Below are positions 16,304 to 22,637 of a stretch of DNA of 32,000 bases, piece after piece; the stretch's first letter is position 1; each line of letters starts with the position of its first letter. Source of the stretch: Edaphobacter aggregans. GTDB taxonomy: Bacteria > Acidobacteriota > Terriglobia > Terriglobales > Acidobacteriaceae. The notes under the pieces are model-generated. The model was not told the DNA's origin, searched no databases, and worked only from the letters and a program-made list of their open reading frames with translations. Location of the stretch: contig NZ_RSDW01000001.1 of the NCBI RefSeq assembly GCF_003945235.1, positions 6,090,001 to 6,122,000 of the forward strand, in the 5' to 3' direction. The translations under genes and the position numbers were made by a program.

Positions 16304-16909
16304 TCAGGCATATTTGCGGAGGACTCCGAGGACCTTGCCCTGAATGCTGACGTTGGTGGCTGGGGCGTAAATTGGGGCCATTTCGGTGTTGGAAGGCTGG
16401 AGACGGATCATGTTGCCTTCGCGGTAGAAGCGCTTGAGGGTGGCGTCGGAGCCGTCGACCAGTGCGACGATGATCTCGCCTTCGCGGGCGGTGCGAGTGC
16501 GCTCGACCAGGACGTAGTCGCCGGAGACGATGTGCTCGTCGCGCATGGAGTCGCCACGGACCTCGAGGGCGAAGACTTCGCGGTTGCCAATGATGTCGTT
16601 GAGGGAGATGCTCTCGGCGGTTTCGATGGCTTCGACAGGCTTACCGGCTGCGATGCGGCCCAGAAGTGGAAGGCGGTCGGAGCCTTTTTTGCCTGAGCGT
16701 GCCGGAAGTACATCGATCGAGCGGCTGCGGTTGTGGGCTCGCTGCAGGAGACCTTTGTTCTGCAGATTGGTGATGTGCTTGTGCACGGTGGCCAGAGAAC
16801 TGAGACCTAGACCGCTGGCGATTTCCTCGTAGGAAGGGGAATAGCCGTTCTTCTGCGTGAAGCCTGAGAGGAAGTCGATGACCTCTTTTTGCCGCCGTGT
16901 GATAGCCAT
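16304..16909 (-). CDS. lexA: LexA repressor
   Basis: 201 aa. Winged-helix N-domain (SPSYEEIASGLGLSSLATVHKHITNLQNKGLL), Ala-Gly cleavage site (RIAAGKP), catalytic Ser (GDSM) and Lys (TLKRF). Confidence 0.97.
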   Translation of the reverse strand: MAITRRQKEVIDFLSGFTQKNGYSPSYEEIASGLGLSSLATVHKHITNLQNKGLLQRAHNRSRSIDVLPARSGKKGSDRLPLLGRIAAGKPVEAIETAESISLNDIIGNREVFALEVRGDSMRDEHIVSGDYVLVERTRTAREGEIIVALVDGSDATLKRFYREGNMIRLQPSNTEMAPIYAPATNVSIQGKVLGVLRKYA

Positions 16910-16990
16910 GCAGGAATTGTAGCGAATAAAAAGCGAATTGCAATATCTATTTTGGTTCCTGACAAGTCTGAGTGAGGGGTTGGTGTTGAG

Positions 16991-17025
16991 CGCCTCCGTA
17001 CCTTTTATAAGGTCTCACGGAGGCG
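16991..17025 (-). terminator. Strong hairpin downstream of the OMP gene (terminator-like, no U-tract)
   Basis: CGCCTCCGT (16991..16999) pairs with ACGGAGGCG (17017..17025). An inner ACCTT-ttat-AAGGT stem extends it. It lies 67-100 nt downstream of the OMP stop and upstream of the lexA promoter region. Confidence 0.45.
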
Positions 17026-17091
17026 TTAGTCGTTTGCTCTATATAGAAAGGAACTTTGCTGAACATTGTCGGGCTTGGATGGGCTCAAGTA

Positions 17092-17982
17092 TTAGAAGGC
17101 GTATCCGAAGCCGATGGAGAAAATGGGGAAGAAGGAAGCGTAGCTGAGGTTGTTGTTGTTGCGTGCGATGAAGGCTGCAAGGTTTTTCTGGAACGACGGA
17201 TCCTGGCTGACGGATTGGCATCCGACCGATGCGGGAAAGACAGGATCGCAGGCGCTGCCGGTGAAGTTGACCTGCAGGTTCGGTTGACCTACGTAGTAGA
17301 AGCCGAGCTCGATTGGGATGCTGAGACGGCTGCGGGTACGCGGAATGATGTTTCCGAGGCCGAGCGTGAAGCCGGGGGAGACTCTGCGGAAGTCGATACG
17401 TCCGTTGCCGTGTAGTGGATCGGTGAAGCTGCTGACGTAGTCGTTGCCGTTGAGGGTGATGGCGCTGCCGGAGGGGATGAGGGCGGTTGCGAGGATTCGG
17501 TTGTTATTGGCGAAGACAAGCAGCGGGCTGAGACGGAAGCGGCCGTTGAAAGGGAACCAGTCGAGAGAGGCGCGTCCGGTTTTCATACGGAGATTGATGG
17601 CTACGTTGGCGCCCTGCTGCTGGAAGGCAGTGGCGTAGGAGAAGAAGTCGGCGCCCGCGCGGAGGTTTAATTTTTTGGCCAGAGGTGTGGCGATGTCGAA
17701 ACCTGTGCCAGCGAGTCCTGTGTGCGAGTCGAAGCCTATGGCGGAAAAGGGATGGAAGGTTTTGGGTTTGATGGCGGTGGACGGAGGAAGGGTCACGAAC
17801 GACGTGGGACCGGAGGTTGCATTGGCGTCGGTGCTGGAGCTGAAGGTGCGCATGGCCTCGTCGGCGAGGTTTGCTGTGACCGAGTCGGGGTCAATCAGGT
17901 TCTGTGCGAACACGCATGGGACTGAGAGAAGCATGACGAAGAGCGCTGCGTTCCATGGAGTGATTGGGGATTTCATTTGCAT
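17092..17982 (-). CDS. Outer-membrane beta-barrel protein, family unknown
   Basis: ATG 17982 (or 17976) gives the signal peptide MKSPITPWNAALFVMLLSVPCVFAQ. Alternating beta-strand pattern, and a C-terminal FSIGFGYAF with terminal Phe typical of BAM substrates. Confidence 0.7.
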   Translation of the reverse strand: MQMKSPITPWNAALFVMLLSVPCVFAQNLIDPDSVTANLADEAMRTFSSSTDANATSGPTSFVTLPPSTAIKPKTFHPFSAIGFDSHTGLAGTGFDIATPLAKKLNLRAGADFFSYATAFQQQGANVAINLRMKTGRASLDWFPFNGRFRLSPLLVFANNNRILATALIPSGSAITLNGNDYVSSFTDPLHGNGRIDFRRVSPGFTLGLGNIIPRTRSRLSIPIELGFYYVGQPNLQVNFTGSACDPVFPASVGCQSVSQDPSFQKNLAAFIARNNNNLSYASFFPIFSIGFGYAF

Positions 17983-18231
17983 GCCGCCTGTCTTTGTCGA
18001 GAGATGTTTGAGCGTGAAGGTCTGCTTGTTTTTCTCTATCGGCAAGAGGCTTCGAGAGTGCAGGGGGAAGGGAAGAACGGCGTGCGATTCCCATTTTGAA
18101 ATTGAGACATGCAAAAAACTCGTGTAGAGGGTTGTGTGCGCGGGGGTCTATGCACCAAGGTAATAGGACGCCACCGACAATGGTCACGTGACGACGGTGC
18201 AATTTGCGATGGCGTGATCGAGGAGATAGGA

Positions 18232-18978
18232 ATGCGGGTTCTGATTGTTGAAGATGATGCGGCTCTGGGGTTATTTCTGCAGAAGGGTTTGAAGCTGGAA
18301 GGACATGAGGTTGCATGGGTGGGCGATGGAGTTGCTGCGCTGGAGCAGGTTGAGGCGCTTCAGCCCGACCTGATGGTTTTGGATTTGAGTCTGCCTCGCA
18401 AGGATGGGACTGAGGTGCTCGAAGGGATGCGCGGAAAGTATGACGACACGGCTGTACTGGTGTTGACGGGCCGAAGCATGGTGGAAGAGCGAGTGCGGTG
18501 CTTGAATTTGGGCGCGGATGATTGTCTGTTGAAACCGTTCAGCTTTCATGAACTTACGGCTCGGTGCAGAGCTTTGTTGCGGCGGCGGGAGCGGTTTGCC
18601 GATCCGGTGTTGCGACATGGAGATGTGGAGTTGAACCGCATGGAGCGGAGAGTGAGTCGCAATGGCCGTACGGTGGAGTTGACGGCGAAGGAGTTCAGCT
18701 TGCTTGAGTTTCTGATGCAGCGGAAGGGCGGCTGCTGTACTCGTTCGGAGCTGTTGCGAGAGGTTTGGCAGATGTCGCCGGATGCGGGGACGAATGTGGT
18801 GGATGTGTACGTGAATTATCTGCGGAAGAAGTTGGGCGCGGTGAGTGTGGATGAGGATTCGGGTGGCTTGGTGATTGAGACGGTGCGCGGAGAGGGGTAC
18901 CGGATGGGTGGGACTCAAAAGAAGATCACTGCGCGGGTGAGTGCGTATTCGGCTGGCGTGCAGTTGGCGGGGGCTTGA
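18232..18978 (+). CDS. OmpR/PhoB-family response regulator
   Basis: ATG 18232 after AGGAGATAGG. 248 aa. Canonical receiver (EDD, D in VLDLSLP, T in LTG, K in LKPF) plus a winged-helix output domain (ELTAKEFSLLEFL ... VRGEGYR). Confidence 0.92.
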   Translation: MRVLIVEDDAALGLFLQKGLKLEGHEVAWVGDGVAALEQVEALQPDLMVLDLSLPRKDGTEVLEGMRGKYDDTAVLVLTGRSMVEERVRCLNLGADDCLLKPFSFHELTARCRALLRRRERFADPVLRHGDVELNRMERRVSRNGRTVELTAKEFSLLEFLMQRKGGCCTRSELLREVWQMSPDAGTNVVDVYVNYLRKKLGAVSVDEDSGGLVIETVRGEGYRMGGTQKKITARVSAYSAGVQLAGA

Positions 18979-19208
18979 TGGTTTTGGATCAAGAGAGTCT
19001 TGTGGAGCGGATCGACGGAGTGCTGCATGGGCTGTGTCAGCCGCTGACGGTACTGCAGTGCAGGCTGGCGCTCGGAGAGTTGAGCGGCGAGCCGGGAGCT
19101 ATGCGTGAAGCGATTGGTGAAGCTTTGGGTGAGTGCGCTCGTTTGAATGCGGGAGTGAGCGCGATTCGTGAGATGTTGCGTCAGGCAATGGGAGTTGAGG
19201 AGAGCTAA
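18978..19208 (+). CDS. 76-aa stand-alone DHp (HisKA-like) two-helix protein
   Basis: The start ATG shares its A with the upstream TGA, and the stop TAA shares its A with the next ATG. His17 in LHGLCQPLTVLQ resembles the HisKA H-box (hELRTPLt.i). The second helix ALGECARLNAGVSAIREML resembles DHp helix 2. There is no ATPase domain. Confidence 0.55.
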   Translation: MVLDQESLVERIDGVLHGLCQPLTVLQCRLALGELSGEPGAMREAIGEALGECARLNAGVSAIREMLRQAMGVEES

Positions 19209-20512
19209 TGGTCAGCGAGATGATTGTGGGACGGGATGTTGCTCCAGTTGTGATCGATGGGGTTGTGGCGCGTACTGTCGTACTGGCTAGTGCAGATGCG
19301 GGTTTGCGGCAGCGGTTGAGGGCTTCGCTAACCGGGTTGCGCTGGCAGGTGCGTGAGGCTGGTGGTGGGGCAGAAGCTATGGCTCAACTGGATGCTTCGC
19401 AGCCCGAGGCTTTGTTGGTGGATAGCTGGCTGCCGGATCTTGAGGTGGGTGAGTTTGCGGGTCAGATACGGATGCTGTATCCAGGGATGGAATTGCTTCG
19501 GGTGGATGGAGGTGTGGATGGTGCGGCACGGAGTCCCAGGCGGAATGAGTTACTGCATGCTTTGCGGGAGGCCCAGGATGGGGCAGGGAACGACACTGCG
19601 GCTTGGGCTGCGGCTCCGGTTGCAGTACCGAGGAGTGTTGGGCGGGGTTATGGAGGGGCGCAGGAGGCTCCGCGGCAGGTGTTGTCGGTGCTGATGGGAC
19701 GTGAGGAGCTGGTGTGGCAGGAGAGTCCGGCGAGAGTGCAGCCGGTTGTGACTCTGCCTGAGATGGTGGGGGCGAGTGAGGCGATGCAGGAGTTGGCGCG
19801 ATTAATTCGGCTGGTGGCTCCGCGGTCGACTACGGTTTTAATTGAGGGTGAGACGGGTACAGGAAAAGAAGTGGTGGCGAAGGCGATTCATCGATTGAGT
19901 GAGCGGGCGGGGAAGCCGTTTGTGGTGTTGAATTGTGCGGCGATTCCTGAGGCTCTGCTTGAGGCTGAGTTGTTTGGACATACGCGCGGGGCCTTTACTG
20001 GAGCGGTGCAGTCGCGTACGGGACGGATCGAGGCGGCGCATGGCGGAACGCTTTTTTTAGATGAGATTGGCGAGATGCCTTTGGCCTTGCAGGCTAAGAT
20101 GCTGCGCTTTTTAGAGTGTGGGGAGTTGCAGCGGGTTGGCGATAACGAGACGATGCGCGTGGATGTAAGGGTGATTGCGGCGACACATCAACCATTGGAG
20201 CAGCGGGCGGGGGAACGGACGTTTCGGCTGGATCTTTATCATCGGCTGGCGGTGTTTCCGGTGGAGGTGCCAGCGCTGCGGATGCGGATGGAGGATTTGC
20301 GGTTGCTGGCGGAGCATTTTCTGGATTTGATGGGGCAGGAGATGCCTCGGAAGCGGTTGACGATTGAAGCGGAGGCTCGGCTGTACGAGCATAGCTGGCC
20401 GGGAAATGTGAGGGAGCTAATGCATGTGCTGGAGCGTGGGGCGATTCTGGCGGGGGATCGGATGGAGATTGGGGCGGAGGAGATACGGTTTCGGCGTGCT
20501 ACTCGGGGTTAA
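19208..20512 (+). CDS. Sigma54-dependent activator (bEBP) lacking a C-terminal DNA-binding domain, FlgR-like architecture
   Basis: 434 aa. Short atypical receiver-like N-domain (D in LLVDSWLPD) and an AAA+ sigma54-interaction core (GETGTGKE, GAFTGA, LFLDEIGE, GNVREL). The protein ends ~28 aa after GNVREL, so there is no room for a Fis-type HTH. Confidence 0.88.
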   Translation: MVSEMIVGRDVAPVVIDGVVARTVVLASADAGLRQRLRASLTGLRWQVREAGGGAEAMAQLDASQPEALLVDSWLPDLEVGEFAGQIRMLYPGMELLRVDGGVDGAARSPRRNELLHALREAQDGAGNDTAAWAAAPVAVPRSVGRGYGGAQEAPRQVLSVLMGREELVWQESPARVQPVVTLPEMVGASEAMQELARLIRLVAPRSTTVLIEGETGTGKEVVAKAIHRLSERAGKPFVVLNCAAIPEALLEAELFGHTRGAFTGAVQSRTGRIEAAHGGTLFLDEIGEMPLALQAKMLRFLECGELQRVGDNETMRVDVRVIAATHQPLEQRAGERTFRLDLYHRLAVFPVEVPALRMRMEDLRLLAEHFLDLMGQEMPRKRLTIEAEARLYEHSWPGNVRELMHVLERGAILAGDRMEIGAEEIRFRRATRG

Positions 20513-20519
20513 TTTTTTT

Positions 20520-20640
20520 AGGTTTTTTTGAGATGGGTTTTGAGGGAAATTGGCCGTAAAACATGGTGTTTTGGTGGTTAGGTTGTGGTGAAAAGCGTGG
20601 TAATGGTGGTTGGTTGATGGGTGTTGTTTTCGGATCTTAG
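20520..20640. repeat. Diverged partial copy of repeat family A (copy 3)
   Basis: GGTGTTTTGGTGGTtaggttGtGGTgAAAAGcGTGGtaa... aligns with GGTGTTTTGGTGGTctgttaGcGGTaAAAAGtGTGGcta... of copy 2, in the same orientation. Similarity is clearly lower than between copies 1 and 2. Confidence 0.55.
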
Positions 20641-20716
20641 CGACCTTGTGCGGAATGATTATGTCGTGTCGGATTCTTGTGTGGCTCCCTTGGGCAGTCT
20701 TGATTGGGATAGGAGA

Positions 20717-21118
20717 GCATACCCCAGGGGTTGAAGCCCCTTTCCCGCAGTTGGTGGAGAGGCCAAGGCTGAAGCCTTGGCGTACCTAGAAGCGACGGCA
20801 AAAGCTGTCCCGGCGGCAATAACAGACGCAGGTTCCTCCGGGATGACAAGGCAACAGCAGCGACAGAAGCAGATCCTCCGCCTTCGGCGAAGGATGACAA
20901 GCAAGAAAAGCAAGAGCAAAACAACTGCAACGGCAAGAGCAACAGCAAATGCGGGGGTCTCTCCACTACGGCGGCAAAAGCACCGCCTTCGGTCGAGATG
21001 ACGAGTTTTGTTGGTTGAGCTGAAGAAACCGGGACAGAGACAAAAAGCAGATCCCTACGGGATGACAACCAGAAGGACAAAGGCAAAAGCAACGACAAAG
21101 GCAGATGCAACGGAAACG
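20717..21118. repeat. Mosaic repeat block (family D module plus three family C hairpin/array units and one Ala-rich hairpin unit)
   Basis: The D module 20717..20793 (GCATACCCCAGGGG ... GCCAAGGC-tgaa-GCCTTGGC ... TACCTAGAAGC) recurs at 22444..22523. It is followed by hairpin-GATGACAA(G/C) cores at ~20831, ~20871 and ~21049, separated by CAA/AAG/GCA-type triplet arrays. Confidence 0.85.
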
Positions 21119-21158
21119 ATGGTGGATAAGAGCGCTCTCATTTGAGGGCGCTTTTGTT

Positions 21159-21174
21159 TGGGCTTTGGGGTGCA
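21159..21174 (+). promoter_or_regulatory. Candidate sigma54 -24/-12 promoter upstream of flgB
   Basis: TGGGCTTTGGGGTGCA. GG (21160-21161) and GC (21172-21173) have the canonical 12-nt register of TGGCAC-N5-TTGCA. It lies 22 nt upstream of the flgB ATG. This is the weakest of the three candidates. Confidence 0.4.
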
Positions 21175-21195
21175 TGGGTGGGGGCGGAGGTTTCT

Positions 21196-21552
21196 ATGCA
21201 AGTGGCTACTCCCTTGAGCGATGCGCTGGGACGGTATCTGGATCTGACGAGTGAGCAGATGAAGTTGACGGCCAGCAATATGGCCAATGTCGACACGCCT
21301 GGATTCAAGACGCAGGGTTTTGATTTTGAGCAGGAGTTTGCGCGGCAGTTGCAGAGCGGCGCGGATGCTGTTGATTTGGCGCAGGCGCAGGAGGTCGATG
21401 GGTTGGTGGCTCGGCCGGATGGGAACAATGTGTCGATGGATCGGGAAGGGATGCAGCTGGCGAAGTCGCAGTTGCAGTTCCGGATGGGCGTGGAGTTGTT
21501 GAAGCATGAGTTTTCGAGCGTGATGAGTGCGATCCATGCGGAGGCGAAGTAA
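21196..21552 (+). CDS. flgB: Flagellar basal-body rod protein FlgB
   Basis: ATG 21196 after GGCGGAGG. 118 aa. LTASNMANVDTPGFK rod N-terminal motif. First gene of the cluster. Confidence 0.88.
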   Translation: MQVATPLSDALGRYLDLTSEQMKLTASNMANVDTPGFKTQGFDFEQEFARQLQSGADAVDLAQAQEVDGLVARPDGNNVSMDREGMQLAKSQLQFRMGVELLKHEFSSVMSAIHAEAK

Positions 21553-21555
21553 GCG

Positions 21556-22062
21556 ATGAATCTGTTTGGGGTGATGGATGTGAGCGCTTCGGCGCTGCAG
21601 GCGGAGCGGGTTCGGGCTGAGGTTGTGGCTTCGAATATGGCGAATGCGGAGACGACCAGGACTGCGGACGGTGGGCCTTATCAGCGGCATCATGTGGTGT
21701 TTGAGGCTGAGGATGGAGGGAGCTTTCAGCAGACGATGGCGAATCAGTTGGGCGGGGTTGGTGCTTCGAGTGGATTGAATGGTTTTAGCGGCGGGCTTCT
21801 GGGGAGTGGTGTTACTGCGGCTCAGGCGGTTCCGGGTGGTGTTGCTGTGACGGGAGTGATCAGCGATGCGAGCGCTCCGCTGCGGCGGTATGACCCTCAG
21901 CATCCGGATGCCGGGCCGGATGGGTTTGTGGACTATCCGGATATCAATCCACTGACCGAGATGGTGGATCTGATGGGCGCGACGCGGTCGTATGGGATGA
22001 ATGCTTCGGCGGTGCAGGCGGAGAAGAACATGGTTGGTTCTTCGCTGGATCTTTTGAAGTGA
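21556..22062 (+). CDS. flgC: Flagellar basal-body rod protein FlgC
   Basis: 168 aa. SASALQAERVRAEVVASNMANAETT N-motif and C-terminal VDLMGATRSYGMNASAVQAEKNM. Contains a ~30-aa Gly/Ser-rich insertion. Confidence 0.92.
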   Translation: MNLFGVMDVSASALQAERVRAEVVASNMANAETTRTADGGPYQRHHVVFEAEDGGSFQQTMANQLGGVGASSGLNGFSGGLLGSGVTAAQAVPGGVAVTGVISDASAPLRRYDPQHPDAGPDGFVDYPDINPLTEMVDLMGATRSYGMNASAVQAEKNMVGSSLDLLK

Positions 22063-22096
22063 GACAAGGGTTAGGGAACAGGGAATAGGAGGATTT

Positions 22097-22417
22097 ATGA
22101 GTGGATTTTGGAATGGTTCTGGGATGTCGGGAGTTACGAGTGGTGCTGCTAGCGTTTTGAGCGCGGCTACTGCTGGTGCTTCGGGGGCTTCGACTGGTGC
22201 GCCGTTTGCTGGGATGTTTCGGTCGATGGTGGAGCAGACGAGTGCTTTGGATCAGAAGGCTTCGGATACTGTGACGGCTTTGCTGAATGGTCAGGGCGTG
22301 GAGATTCATGACGCGATGATCGCTACGCAGAAGGCGGATATGGCGTTTGAGTTGGCTTTGCAGGTTAGGAATAAGGTTGTTGGGGCTTATCAGCAGATGA
22401 TGGCGATGCAGTTTTGA
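22097..22417 (+). CDS. fliE: Flagellar hook-basal body complex protein FliE
   Basis: 106 aa with AGGAGG RBS. C-terminal IHDAMIATQKADMAFELALQVRNKVVGAYQQMMAMQF is the FliE signature. Confidence 0.9.
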   Translation: MSGFWNGSGMSGVTSGAASVLSAATAGASGASTGAPFAGMFRSMVEQTSALDQKASDTVTALLNGQGVEIHDAMIATQKADMAFELALQVRNKVVGAYQQMMAMQF

Positions 22418-22443
22418 TTTGGGAGTTTCGACTGGATATGAAG

Positions 22444-22630
22444 GCATACCCAGGGGCTAAAGCCCTCCTTAATTGCGGAGAGGATTAGAAGGCCAAGGCT
22501 GAAGCGTTGGCTTACCTAGAAGCAACAGCGAGAACGACGGCGAAAGCAGGTCCCCTTCGGGGATGACAACCAGAAAAGCAACTGCAAGAGCAACTACAAA
22601 AGCAACGACAACTACAAAGGCAACAGCGAA
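22444..22630. repeat. Mosaic repeat (family D module plus family C hairpin and hexamer array) between fliE and fliF
   Basis: 22444..22523 matches 20717..20793. It is followed by TCCCC-ttc-GGGGA-TGACAAC and a degenerate hexamer array (AGCAAC TGCAAG AGCAAC TACAAA AGCAAC GACAAC TACAAA GGCAAC). Confidence 0.88.
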
Positions 22631-22637
22631 GAACTGA

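Noticed and set aside
18978-19208. The 76-aa protein as anti-sigma28 factor FlgM or as a simple annotation artefact
   Set aside because: It lacks the FlgM C-terminal sigma28-binding pattern as I remember it. It is unlikely to be an artefact because both ends are precisely coupled (1-nt overlaps) to well-supported flanking genes. The DHp-like reading fits better but remains unproven.
20637-21110. 157-aa minus-strand ORF (also 20659..20919, 20777..21001, 20966..21175, 22512..22703, 3356..3541) as small proteins
   Set aside because: These lie wholly inside the repeat modules. Their Leu/Ser/Cys/Pro-rich sequences are simply translations of the triplet/hexamer arrays and hairpins, and the same DNA recurs non-syntenically in the window.
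20640-21130. Possible CRISPR array because of recurring hairpin units
   Set aside because: The repeats are not of constant length or spacing, the spacers are themselves low-complexity arrays, and there are no cas genes. The pattern fits REP/BIME-like mosaics instead.
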